This document shows, in pieces, positions 37,984-47,826 of a stretch of 64,000 bases of DNA (positions within the stretch are counted from its first letter, which is position 1; the number at the start of each line of letters is the position of its first letter). The DNA comes from an uncultured Candidatus Poseidoniales archaeon (GTDB lineage: Archaea; Thermoplasmatota; Poseidoniia; Poseidoniales; Poseidoniaceae), in the NCBI GenBank assembly GCA_905182185.1, contig CAJJAP010000001.1, forward strand, positions 139,167-203,166, given 5' to 3'. Position numbers and translations under genes: made by a program. The notes beneath the pieces were generated by a model, which was not told where the DNA came from, made no database searches, and was given only the letters and a program-made list of their open reading frames with translations.

Positions 37984-39357
37984 TCATTGCGGTGGGTCCA
38001 TACTCCACCACACTATTAATTGATCAATATCCTTTGGTACAGGGCAATTTTCATGGCCACTGGTAAGCATCTCTAATCTACTAATGACATTGCCAACAGC
38101 TTTTCTTGTCGCTGGGGGTGGTGACTTTTCTTGTCCCGAAAGTAATATTTCTGCTAAAGCATTCTTCCATTCACCTTCTGGATTAGACCTCCTCCAAGAT
38201 GCTAATGAGGAGCGTAATGGCCACATTGCTAATGCTAAACGACAATATCCTAGCTTGTCATCTCTCAATTTGAACATTTGTGCTTCAGCGAAAGGTACGT
38301 GAGATTGTTGTTTATGGATCCACCACTCCTTCTGCAGCCACCTAACCAACCGTTGAGTATGCCTTTGTGTAACCATTCGGTGAGGGCCGAGTGATTTATG
38401 CAATCTTGGAATTTCACTCGAACCTACAATTAGTGAGAGGGTTCCTAAAACCGCCCAACATGATTGGGCGTGTGGACTTGCTGGGACATCAAATGTTCTT
38501 GCAGACTTTTTCGGCCAATTATCTTCTGCAAAATGCATCCAATTTGCTGGCGAATCCCCTGAAAGCCAACCGATATTCATAGAAGTTTTCTCTTGAGGGG
38601 CTCCTGGTAGCCTTGTTTGTTTTTTTACATCAGTAACTAGTTCACTCAATAAATAGCGATCGACTTCATCGGCATCAACGTTTAATGGAGCGGGCCTTCT
38701 ATTGAAAAAAGCACGTAATTCAGTTCGTAATTTTCTGCGAAGTTCATCCAGCCCCCCTTCATTGAGAATTGGCCCTATTACACAACACTTGTCAAATGGA
38801 GCAGGAACTATTATTTTACCAGATAAAAGGTCGTTGAATCCCTTTCTAATCGTCTTCTGTATTTCAGTAGTTTCAAAATATTCTGATTTGCCACTGGCCA
38901 TTCGCAAAGTTCCACTCTGTATTCTTTTAATGGCTTTATCAGGGTCGCAATCAATCCAAAACACAAGGTCGGGAATCATTGATGCAGCATTCATTTTAGC
39001 AACCAGTTCAAGTCCTAATTCACCGACGACTCCTTGATAGATTAATGATGAGTGAATATTTCTATCTGAAATTACAACATGACCTTTTGCAAGCAGTGGC
39101 CTAATCCAAGTGTGAGAATGATCCAGTCTATCGGCAGCAAACAATCCCGCTTCTTCTAGAGGGGTTTTATCTCCTAATTTAACAGATGACAAAGCCAGTT
39201 TACCCAATTCACTATGCCTTCTTGGTTCATGAGTTGAATGATATCCAGGGAATGGAAAATCTGCAACCAACTCTTGAAGAATTCTTGCAGCTTCACCTTT
39301 TCCGGAACCGTCGCCCCCTTCGACAGTGATGAGGTACACGTTTATTCCTCCTGGCAA
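37984..39357 (-). CDS. tmk: Thymidylate kinase-like N-terminal domain fused to an uncharacterised ~250-aa Trp-rich C-terminal domain
   Basis: ITVEGGDGSGKG P-loop, FAADRLDH and VISDRNIHSSLIYQG motifs of dTMP kinase. The C-terminal half shows no family I recognise. Confidence 0.7.
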   Translation of the reverse strand: MPGGINVYLITVEGGDGSGKGEAARILQELVADFPFPGYHSTHEPRRHSELGKLALSSVKLGDKTPLEEAGLFAADRLDHSHTWIRPLLAKGHVVISDRNIHSSLIYQGVVGELGLELVAKMNAASMIPDLVFWIDCDPDKAIKRIQSGTLRMASGKSEYFETTEIQKTIRKGFNDLLSGKIIVPAPFDKCCVIGPILNEGGLDELRRKLRTELRAFFNRRPAPLNVDADEVDRYLLSELVTDVKKQTRLPGAPQEKTSMNIGWLSGDSPANWMHFAEDNWPKKSARTFDVPASPHAQSCWAVLGTLSLIVGSSEIPRLHKSLGPHRMVTQRHTQRLVRWLQKEWWIHKQQSHVPFAEAQMFKLRDDKLGYCRLALAMWPLRSSLASWRRSNPEGEWKNALAEILLSGQEKSPPPATRKAVGNVISRLEMLTSGHENCPVPKDIDQLIVWWSMDPPQ

Positions 39358-40241
39358 TCATCAAATTGTTCTCTAATGAAAACCAGCGTAATCATCCCAG
39401 CAAGGATTAATGCAGGTCCAAATATGATCAATCCTCTACTGAATAATGAGATTCCTGCCAAATACTGTGTTCTCCTGTAGTATTTGCCCCTTCTAACTTC
39501 AACTGCAGCTTGAACCCCCACTATTCCAGTAATTACCGTAAGAATACCAATTGTTGTCGAAAGGCCCACGGCACTCTCTAAATCCCATCCAGTGACCACA
39601 GTGTGATGATCTCGGGTAATTGTGTCATTGCCATAAGACATAGTAATCGGCCCGATTCCTGCTTTCTCCGGAACTATTTTCAATTCCATGGTGTTATAAC
39701 CTTCTTTAGATAGTTTCAATAAGTGTAATTTTGATATGGCATTCTCTATGATAAATAGTCCATTTGCATCCGTTTTTACGGAATTTAGGATTGTATTTGT
39801 TTCAATATCAATTAATTCAACAGTTACATTTTCAACTTCATTACCTTCTTCTGCTTGAATTGCAGTACCAATGATATCTACGGAATCAGTTGATGCAAAT
39901 AATGAGGAAGAAATAATGTCACTAGGGTTTCCTTGTAGAATCAAAGCACCACTCATCATGCCCAATAATGAACCTAATAATATCAGTGATGCAGCGATTG
40001 TTCTCCATCGTCCTCTTTCAACTTCTTCCAACTTCAGCCACCGTTGTTTTGTTATTTCAGCCGCTAATTCAACAGCAGCATCTACATCTTCAACACTGAC
40101 AACCAGTTCTTCACTCGAGACGAGTGCTCTTTGTTCAGTAGCATCTTGCGAGGCTTTTAGTTGGCTCTGGACACGTGCTCTCAGTGCAACCTTTCTTTCT
40201 TCAAAACTCTTGCCAGACATGCTATCACCTCCTCCGCTCAA
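39342..40241 (-). CDS. Membrane protein with a carboxypeptidase-regulatory-like (CarboxypepD_reg) beta-sandwich domain
   Basis: N-terminal coiled segment, a TM, VTVELIDIETNTILNSVKTDANGLFIIENA, then C-terminal TMs. Overlaps the tmk-like start by 16 nt. Confidence 0.55.
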   Translation of the reverse strand: MSGGGDSMSGKSFEERKVALRARVQSQLKASQDATEQRALVSSEELVVSVEDVDAAVELAAEITKQRWLKLEEVERGRWRTIAASLILLGSLLGMMSGALILQGNPSDIISSSLFASTDSVDIIGTAIQAEEGNEVENVTVELIDIETNTILNSVKTDANGLFIIENAISKLHLLKLSKEGYNTMELKIVPEKAGIGPITMSYGNDTITRDHHTVVTGWDLESAVGLSTTIGILTVITGIVGVQAAVEVRRGKYYRRTQYLAGISLFSRGLIIFGPALILAGMITLVFIREQFDDCQEE

Positions 40242-40306
40242 ACCATAGGTGTTGGTGCGCGGATATTACCCCTTTCCCAGCAAGTCCGCGCAATAAATCA
40301 GTAGTT

Positions 40307-41542
40307 TTATTCTACAAAACGTTTAAGGAAAAACAAAGAAATTAAACTTATGGCAAGAACACTGAAAGACAAAACTGCCAATAATTTAGAAGAATCAGCA
40401 CCTTTGTTGGTGGCTTCTTCAATTGGTTGCTGTTGTTCGGGCTCAGAATTGTTTGACAGTTCTGAATGCTCTGATTGCTCTGATTGTTCTAATGGCGTGT
40501 CAATTGACGTCCATGCCCCTGTTAATAGTCCCAATTCTACAATCCTTCCAACACTTTCTAGCGATTCAGCACTTACTTTATCTGGGGTATCTTGTGTTGT
40601 ATGCCAATAACCTCCGAAAGGAGTAGCGTTTACACCGTATGTCAAGTCAATAATATCTAGAGAAGGAATTCCAAGAGCGAATGGATGCACATGGTCATCT
40701 ATTACGGCCAATGACCGATTCGATTGCATAATGTCAGATCGTTGGCCATTACAACCATCTGTTTGATTAGAAAGACCAAGTTTTTGACCCAATATCATCA
40801 TATTTTCAGTTAATATTGGTGTTGAAGGAATAATTTTTGTTAATTGTAAATCAGCATCCCCTATCATGTCTAATAAAATGAAAGATTCAGTTCGATTAAT
40901 TTCTTCTTGGGATAGATTGTCAGCCCATGCCTCAGCACCGAGGGTGTAGTTATCTCCTTGATCTTCGGCATCAGAAAACAGCAGCATTATTTCATTATTC
41001 AACTCCATGCCAGGGATGATTCGACCTAACTCGATAAGAGCAGCAACACCGCTCGCACCATCATTTGCCCCTAAAATAGGGGTGTTACGAAGAGATTCAT
41101 TTGAATCTCTGTCGGCTATATTTCTAGTGTCATAATGCGCAGACAATACGATTCGGCCTAATTCGTCGGTTTCATTTTGACTAAGGTTTTGAGGTTTCCA
41201 AGTTGCTATTACATTAGTTAACTCAATCTCATGAGAAATGTGGTTACTTAATTCGATGTCCCAGCCATAAGCAGTAAGGTTTTCAGTTAATGAATCTCTA
41301 AGTTCTAATGAAGCGTTTGAACCAGGTAATCTTGGTCCAAGTTCAGTTTGCCATAAAACGCTTTGATTTGCCAAAGTTCCATTGAATTGTAATTCACTTG
41401 TTTTTTGGCAAATGTCTACCGAATCAATCCAATTCTCGCCATCACCACTTGCCGGTGTCGTATTAGATAGTAATAAACAGACAAAAACGACTCCTATGAG
41501 GCGTTTTCCGACGCCTCTTTGAGTGCTAAGTGGTGAGAGCAT
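40307..41542 (-). CDS. M28 family aminopeptidase, secreted with a C-terminal membrane anchor
   Basis: Signal peptide, HYDTRNIADRD, GANDGASGVAALIELGR, LLFSDAEDQG and LDMIGD metal-ligand blocks. The C-terminal SEQSEQSEHSE linker is followed by a TM. Confidence 0.8.
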   Translation of the reverse strand: MLSPLSTQRGVGKRLIGVVFVCLLLSNTTPASGDGENWIDSVDICQKTSELQFNGTLANQSVLWQTELGPRLPGSNASLELRDSLTENLTAYGWDIELSNHISHEIELTNVIATWKPQNLSQNETDELGRIVLSAHYDTRNIADRDSNESLRNTPILGANDGASGVAALIELGRIIPGMELNNEIMLLFSDAEDQGDNYTLGAEAWADNLSQEEINRTESFILLDMIGDADLQLTKIIPSTPILTENMMILGQKLGLSNQTDGCNGQRSDIMQSNRSLAVIDDHVHPFALGIPSLDIIDLTYGVNATPFGGYWHTTQDTPDKVSAESLESVGRIVELGLLTGAWTSIDTPLEQSEQSEHSELSNNSEPEQQQPIEEATNKGADSSKLLAVLSFSVLAISLISLFFLKRFVE

Positions 41543-41630
41543 TATTGAATCCTCATTGACCGAGTATTAAATACTTCATTTCAAGTGGTCATTTTGGGAA
41601 CCAGTAATGCGTTTCCCTGAGGTCAATTAA

Positions 41631-44600
41631 ATGTCGGAACTACGCACCAGTCCAGCCTTCTTATTCGTGACAGTTTTGCTCATTGCTAGCATGTCGCCAT
41701 TATTGATGGCAGCAGCGGCTCAGTCTAACGAATCTGCTACATTAGAAGCGGTGCCATATAGTGCTGGAGGGGTAATTATTGGTGACATTTCTGAATTCGA
41801 GGCACAAGATGGAAGAGAATATTTGTTTATTGAAGAGGACGAGATTGTTGTCTCGGCCTCACCATTCATGAAATCAAAGTGGGTTGAAGCCGGTATGCCG
41901 GGAGTAGATGAAATATTAATGCAGCCATCTACTGGTGGTCGCTCTTCAGCAAGGGCTTGTTCACCACACGTGGTCGGAGATACACTAACCGTTCCAACAT
42001 CGGGTGGCTCAGTTGACACTTATGTGGCAAAAACAACTGTTTCAGTAGCATTCCTAGTGCAATCTGGAAGAACACTTTCTTCTACAGTTCTAAATAATCT
42101 TGCACAAACATGGGATCAAACAATCTATCCGGTAATGACTACTTACTATGGAAAGGACTACCAAGATGGTAGAGGTTTAGCACCACCTGATAAAGACAAT
42201 AATTGTCAAGTTCAAATCGTAATTTATGATATTGACGGTGCATACAATATCGGTGGCTATTTCTCTCCTTCATTTGCAGTTTCTAGAGAGGCCGTCTTTG
42301 TTGATTATGCAGATGTGACATTAACATGGGGCAAATCAATTCTTGCTCACGAGTTAGAACATCTATTGCATAATGCGCAAGATCCGTATGAAAATCTGTG
42401 GATAGATGAAGGAAATGCAGATGTAGCGATCTATCTCTGTTTTGGTGCAGATTCAACTCTGACTGGGCACGTTAATGCTTGGACTACAAGTCCAGATCTA
42501 AGTGTTAGATGGTGGAATCAAAGAATTGCAGATTACGGTGCAGGATATATGTTTACAATGTATTTGGCTGAACACTTAGGTGGAGGCCCTGCTGTTAGGC
42601 AATTAGTACAGGATAGTGCAACAGGCGGGCAAGGAGTTGTCAATCTAGCACTCTCTCCTCAATCTGGTCAATCCGGAAAAGTTGGAACGACTATGTCTGA
42701 AATATTTGCTAACTTCTCAATTGCTGCTACATTAGATAGTGATCAAGGGATTTGGGGATATCCGAATCTTCAATTGACGCAAGCATGTGCCTCCGGTTCA
42801 TTCTGTAGAGCACAACCTGCTGATACTAACTCGGATTGGGTTGGGCCATGGTCTTCAACAGGGAATAGCGTCGAAGGATGGGGAATAAGTTCCTACAAAT
42901 TCACTCCAGGGGCAGCTTCCCCTGCTCCTTTGACAATGAGATTTACAGCAGATGTCAGTCAATTTGAGGGGGTTTTAGTTTCAAAATCTACTGCTGATGG
43001 ATTGTGGAGTGTAAGCGATTTAAATTTCCAAAATAACGTTGCTACAGGGCTTGTTCCTGGATTTGGCAATTTGACTGATGAAGTATGGGCAATAACATGG
43101 TATGCGAGCACAGTTGCAGATTGTGATTACACATCTTGTGGCTCTTCTTATCCTCAAGGGACCATCGATGTTGAAGCAGCAAGAATAACCTCTCCCGCTA
43201 CTATTGCACTTAACACAACCACTCTATCAGATAGAGATGGAGATGGTTCACCAGACACCGCCCACATCAATTACAACGTGTTATCAAATGCTTTCTTTGA
43301 AGATTTAGATGTCACTGTCAAGGTCAAAGATGCATTTGGCAATGAAGTAGATTCACTAACAAATAGAATCTCTGCTGGAGGCGGCGTAGATGTTGGAGGC
43401 AATGTTTACTTTACTGCAGCAATGACGGACCAATATACATTTGATTTGGAGATGCGAGATATGCTCGGAACATTGATCGATACCAAAACAACATCACCAC
43501 AATCTCTAGCAAACATGCGCCCAACTGCGAATGGTAGTATTGCACCAAATCAAACACAAACATGGGAAAATGTCCAATTCAATGGAGATGGATTTGACGC
43601 ATGGGGTCTTTCCTTGGACAATAATTCATTGCCATATTATGATTCACCAACAGCCTATGCTTGGGATTTTGGTGATAATGTTAGTTCAAGTTTGAAATCT
43701 CCAGTGCGAGATTATACTTCGGTTGGTACGTTCAATGCTACATTGAGAATACAAGATATAGGTGGAACTTGGTCGGAAACGGATATTCATGAAATAGTTG
43801 TCAATGATACCACGCAGCCTGTTCCTATTATCACGGTCAACAATGTGGTTATTGAAACGGAAATCTCAATAATGACGAACCAAAAAATCCTCTTTTCAGC
43901 AGGAAGAACGGCAGACAATGTGCCAACAGAGAATCTCCAATTCGACTGGAATTGGGGCGATGGTACTAGCCAAGGTGGAGTCGGGATGTATTCAGCTTAC
44001 CACGAATGGGGGGCATTGAACTCTACCAATGAAACCTACACTCTAACATTGAGTGTTTCAGATGGAATTAATCTCGGAACAAAATCAATTAACGTCACCG
44101 TAAACAATCGTGTTCCGGTTCAGATTTGGTCAGAAAACATGACTACATACACCTATACGCCAATTGTTATGCCTGATATCTTCAAAGATTATGATGGGCA
44201 ATTAGTAACGTACGCTTGGAGTTTCCCGGAAGGTGTTAACCTCAATGGTGGTTCACTTGATCGAACTGACGATTTTACAACTACTAGCAGTGCTCAATCC
44301 AATCCTGTAGTAGGATGGGATAGTGCCGGACTAAAGACAGTCCAACTTACAGCGACCGATGACGATGGAAGTTCATCTACAGCACAATTTTATGTGACTG
44401 TTCTTAATCAGTTGCCAGTATCAGATTACGTTGTGCGCACAACCGCATCAACCGGTTCGGAATTAATAGATTTCCGCGCAACAGATGGGCAAGTTGACTC
44501 CCCGTACACCTTTGATGGAAGAAATAGTTTTGACCCTGATGGGACCGTTGGAGATTCAAGTGACTTAACATTCAATTGGAGTTTCTCTGATGGTACATTC

Positions 44601-45836
44601 GGTGATAGGCCACAAGTTACCCATTCTTTTACTGAACCAGGAGTTAACAATGTAATACTGATTGTAACCGATGAAAGTGGGCAAGAGAGCATTGCAAAGA
44701 CCATGGTCATCAGGATTTCTAATCCAGTTCCACTCATTAGTGTAAAAATATTAGATGCTTGGTTAGAAGGGGCGATTGTTACCGATGAAACATCTTTCTC
44801 CGAAGGAACTGTGGTAGAGTCATGGTCTAGAACTTTTGACGAAGATGGTAATTCAATTGCAGCACCTGGAACTTTACTATACTTCGATTCGGAAGGGACA
44901 AGAGATGGAGACCGTCGCTATGAAGGAATGTATATTCCACTTGAATCATCATCTCCGGAATGGAATGGTATCGTTAGTTATACTTGGGATTTCGGCGATG
45001 CTACGCCACTGAATCATGATCCATCACCTTGGCATTCGTATTCAATTCCGGGCAAATATATTGTTACGCTTACGGTTAGGGATTCATTTGGCACAGGGGA
45101 TGTTTCAAGACAGTCCTATACGGTGATTATCCCCACTCCCCCAGTGATCGAGGAGATTTATATTCCTGAAGATGTATTTGTTGGGGATGTAAATTCTTTG
45201 AGTGCAAATCTTACTGGTGAAGAAAGTGATGAATTAATCATTTATAGAGATTTGAATGTACTAGATGGTTCAATCAGTGACCGTGACGAGAGAATTGAAT
45301 CAGGACTATTGATTCAATGGGATTTGGATTTGGAAGTGGATGCCAATGAAAACGGAGATTTTGCTGATGATTGGGTATCTCCTCTCACAGGTTCAAGAAC
45401 TAGAGTTTCTGCAAGTTGGCAACAAGCAGGATTGACACAAATCCGTCTAAAAGTCTGTAATGGACTTGATATGTGCGATGAAATGGATTCTGACGTCCAA
45501 GTAATCCCTGAGGGAGAAGCACCACCATCTTTGTCTGATTTCAGTGCCGAAGATTGGAAGAAGTGGGGGTCTGAGGCAGGTTCAGATTTGTTGACATTCA
45601 TCGTTCTTATCACAGCTGCATTGGTTTTAGGTTGGTTTGTAATGAGAGAGCCTACGGAAATCGAAGAGGAAGCAAAGAAGGCAGCAGAAACCTATGATGT
45701 AGAACATGTAGAGTCTCAAGGAGGATTGTTGGGTATGGATCAACATGCACCTCCGCCGGCCCCATCCATACTTTCAAAGGAAGAACGCCGCTCAGATGAT
45801 TCTGGTTATATTAGGCCACTTAGAAGAAGAGGTTGA
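41631..45836 (+). CDS. Giant surface protein: N-terminal zincin-like domain (HELEH...E), multiple PKD-like repeats, C-terminal TM anchor
   Basis: Signal peptide. ILAHELEHLLHNAQDPYENLWIDEGNAD (HExxH plus a downstream Glu). Recurrent WDFGD/WNWGDG PKD signatures. TM LLTFIVLITAALVLGWFV near the end. Confidence 0.8.
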   Translation: MSELRTSPAFLFVTVLLIASMSPLLMAAAAQSNESATLEAVPYSAGGVIIGDISEFEAQDGREYLFIEEDEIVVSASPFMKSKWVEAGMPGVDEILMQPSTGGRSSARACSPHVVGDTLTVPTSGGSVDTYVAKTTVSVAFLVQSGRTLSSTVLNNLAQTWDQTIYPVMTTYYGKDYQDGRGLAPPDKDNNCQVQIVIYDIDGAYNIGGYFSPSFAVSREAVFVDYADVTLTWGKSILAHELEHLLHNAQDPYENLWIDEGNADVAIYLCFGADSTLTGHVNAWTTSPDLSVRWWNQRIADYGAGYMFTMYLAEHLGGGPAVRQLVQDSATGGQGVVNLALSPQSGQSGKVGTTMSEIFANFSIAATLDSDQGIWGYPNLQLTQACASGSFCRAQPADTNSDWVGPWSSTGNSVEGWGISSYKFTPGAASPAPLTMRFTADVSQFEGVLVSKSTADGLWSVSDLNFQNNVATGLVPGFGNLTDEVWAITWYASTVADCDYTSCGSSYPQGTIDVEAARITSPATIALNTTTLSDRDGDGSPDTAHINYNVLSNAFFEDLDVTVKVKDAFGNEVDSLTNRISAGGGVDVGGNVYFTAAMTDQYTFDLEMRDMLGTLIDTKTTSPQSLANMRPTANGSIAPNQTQTWENVQFNGDGFDAWGLSLDNNSLPYYDSPTAYAWDFGDNVSSSLKSPVRDYTSVGTFNATLRIQDIGGTWSETDIHEIVVNDTTQPVPIITVNNVVIETEISIMTNQKILFSAGRTADNVPTENLQFDWNWGDGTSQGGVGMYSAYHEWGALNSTNETYTLTLSVSDGINLGTKSINVTVNNRVPVQIWSENMTTYTYTPIVMPDIFKDYDGQLVTYAWSFPEGVNLNGGSLDRTDDFTTTSSAQSNPVVGWDSAGLKTVQLTATDDDGSSSTAQFYVTVLNQLPVSDYVVRTTASTGSELIDFRATDGQVDSPYTFDGRNSFDPDGTVGDSSDLTFNWSFSDGTFGDRPQVTHSFTEPGVNNVILIVTDESGQESIAKTMVIRISNPVPLISVKILDAWLEGAIVTDETSFSEGTVVESWSRTFDEDGNSIAAPGTLLYFDSEGTRDGDRRYEGMYIPLESSSPEWNGIVSYTWDFGDATPLNHDPSPWHSYSIPGKYIVTLTVRDSFGTGDVSRQSYTVIIPTPPVIEEIYIPEDVFVGDVNSLSANLTGEESDELIIYRDLNVLDGSISDRDERIESGLLIQWDLDLEVDANENGDFADDWVSPLTGSRTRVSASWQQAGLTQIRLKVCNGLDMCDEMDSDVQVIPEGEAPPSLSDFSAEDWKKWGSEAGSDLLTFIVLITAALVLGWFVMREPTEIEEEAKKAAETYDVEHVESQGGLLGMDQHAPPPAPSILSKEERRSDDSGYIRPLRRRG

Positions 45837-45890
45837 GCGTTATATCCATCAACCCCTACGGTTTGGGATGTACGTAGGGGGCAGACAATA

Positions 45891-46957
45891 GTGCGGTTAG
45901 TGACGATTTTAGTGACGATGTTAGTCTTGATTCCCCTCACTTCTAGTGGATTCACAGGTGGGGGCATTATTTCTAACGCACAAGCCGCTAATGCCTGTTC
46001 TGGTGAATGGCAGCCAGTAGTTTGGAATGAGACCATGCAGAGGGTTGCAGAAGTGCCATTTCAAAATTCTTACAATGATTATTATTATGAGGATGATTAT
46101 TATTATGAAGAAGAGAATAAGCCTTCAGAATCAGAAAATAACGATCCGGATAATTATCCACTAAGCCCGGAACAGCCTTACATGTATCAAAACAATTGGC
46201 AAAATAATGCATTGATACCGCTAACCGATGATTATAGCACTTTCATGAAAATTGGAAATGATAGTGTAGGTGCATTGCGACTTAATCTTTCAAGCGACCA
46301 CCGGACTACTATTTGTGTCTCATTGACTCATCTAGTCGATGATGACATAGTTCCGGCATTTGGGGACGTATACTTGATGACCAGTAGTCAATATGACTCT
46401 TACTCGCAATCATATTCGCGCAGCCATGGCGGTTTTAATTGGTGGGAGGATGTTGAAGATAGTCTCAAAAACATTGACCCTGAATGGAGAAGTTTTGACA
46501 TTCTAGGGTGGAGGACTTTCAGAGATACACATGAATATGAAAATACGAATGAAGTTGCTATGTCGATTAGCCTAGATGCTCCCGAAATCTATAATAGTTT
46601 ATTCGGGGGCACTAATTGGGAAGATTTCTATGTAGTGGTTGATACGTGGGATAACTCTCATGACTCAGATGCGGAGGCACCGAATAAAATTGTTAATGCG
46701 GATGTTTCAATAGTAGCAACGCTGCGTTCATTCGTCTTGCCACCTTGGACCGTTTCTATTGCTTTCTTGGGTATTGTAGGCTGTATGATGCTAGCGCCAA
46801 TAATCGTTAATCGCAAATATATGGGAGCTGGATTAGCACCAATGCAAGATGAATTAGTGCCTTCACTAGAGATTGCACCGGTCCAATTGTTTATGAAAAT
46901 CAACCTAAAGAAATACCGTCTATGCCGGAACAATTGCTTCCACCACCTAGTCAATAG
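45891..46957 (+). CDS. Secreted/anchored hypothetical protein with a Tyr/acidic-rich N-terminal region; C-terminus reconstructed across a 1-nt deletion near 46880
   Basis: Signal peptide, YNDYYYEDDYYYEEE, TM SIAFLGIVGCMMLAPIIV. Restoring one G in ccggt (46878-46882) gives ...EIAPGPIVYENQPKEIPSMPEQLLPPPSQ*, stopping at 46955-46957 just before a hairpin. The listed ORF tail to 47087 looks like antisense noise. Confidence 0.55.
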
Positions 46958-46965
46958 GATCAGAA

Positions 46966-46988
46966 TCTCTTTCTGGAAGAGAAAGAGA
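46966..46988. terminator. 9-bp stem / 5-nt loop hairpin between convergent genes
   Basis: tctctttct (46966-74) pairs with agaaagaga (46980-88), loop ggaag. It lies immediately after the reconstructed stop of the plus-strand gene (46955-57) and beside the expected aroD end. Confidence 0.4.
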
Positions 46989-47826
46989 CTAATCAGTAGT
47001 CGAAGAAGCGTCCAGGCGTCTCTTAGATCATTGACATTGACTAAACCCTTCTCATTTAATCTAAATTCGTTTAACATTGTTGCATAGACGATATGTTGAT
47101 TTAGAATTTGTGCGTGAATACGTGCCCAATCTCCACCATTGCCCAATCCCATCAAACTGAATTGAATTTTGTCATCAGCGAGTTCTTGTGAGGCGTGAAT
47201 GATTTGTAGTGCATCTTGGTGATCTGAAACTCTGCCACAGAACTTAACAATGTCTCCGAGGTCCTTATTGGAGCGTACCATCTCGGTTATCTCGTCAGCG
47301 GATGGCATAGATTCATTATTGTGTGTAGAAGCAACAACTTGGCACTTGGCAGCCTTAGCCGCCGCTAACAGGTCCGCTCTAGCCTTTTCTTCAATACTGG
47401 TCTCAAGGTCAACCCATGATATGCCAGAAGCGATTGCTTGAGCTAGAATCTCAAGGCGCTGCTCTTCAGTACCGATGAAAAACCCGCCTTCGCGAACTGC
47501 CTCAATGAGAATATTACAGGTAATGGAATTCCTTCTTTGATAGATTCAAGGCAAGTTTCAACATTGATCGATTCAAACTCACGTGTAGCCCATTCAACAG
47601 CCGGAGGGGTGTAGGATACTCTTTCGCCTTCTGCATTTTCAGATATAGTGGCTTGAGGTTTGATTAGGTATAGTCTGTCAAAACGAATTTCGACCATATC
47701 AGCGCCAGCAAGATTCGCTCGTGCCGCTTCGTCCATCACTTCTTTCACAGTGGTCGCTTCAAGTGAGACACACACGTTTGGGTCAGCCATGATTTGGGCG
47801 ACCTGCCGTCCATTCTTAACGCTCAC
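46989..47826 (-). CDS. aroD: 3-dehydroquinate dehydratase type I, frame-disrupted as sequenced near 47500 and again at the extreme 3' end (3' end approximate; start GTG 47826 or ATG 47790)
   Basis: N-terminal ORF 47443-47826 (VCVSLEATTVKE...ADMVEIRFD...PVIFSLR) continues in another frame as VREGGFFIGTEEQRLEIL...STHNNESMPSADEI...DIVKF...MGLGNGGDWARI...VNVNDLRDAWTLLRLL. Family members end a few residues after that point. Confidence 0.75.

Noticed and set aside
40430-40500. Short tandem repeat (…gaatgctctgattgctctgattgttct…) that superficially resembles a repeat array.
   Set aside because: It lies inside the M28 peptidase gene and encodes the low-complexity linker SEQSEQSEHSELS. It has no spacers and is not CRISPR-like.
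46075-46115. Tandem gattattattatga repeat.
   Set aside because: It is coding and in frame (YNDYYYEDDYYYEE) within the secreted protein 45891-46957, so it is a compositional feature of the protein rather than a DNA element.
46658-46988. 3' extension of the aroD ORF (216-aa ORF 46658-47308) running about 330 nt into the neighbouring gene.
   Set aside because: AroD family members end a few residues after ...DLR....LL. The extension is antisense to the TM/tail region of the plus-strand gene and crosses the intergenic hairpin. It is best explained by loss of the stop through an indel.
46958-47087. 3' tail of plus-strand ORF 45891-47087 (…QLFMKINLKKYRLCRNNCFHHLVNRIRISFWKRKRL…).
   Set aside because: It looks like antisense of the aroD C-terminus. 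An alternative frame entered by a 1-nt correction near 46880 gives a plausible tail that stops at 46955-57.
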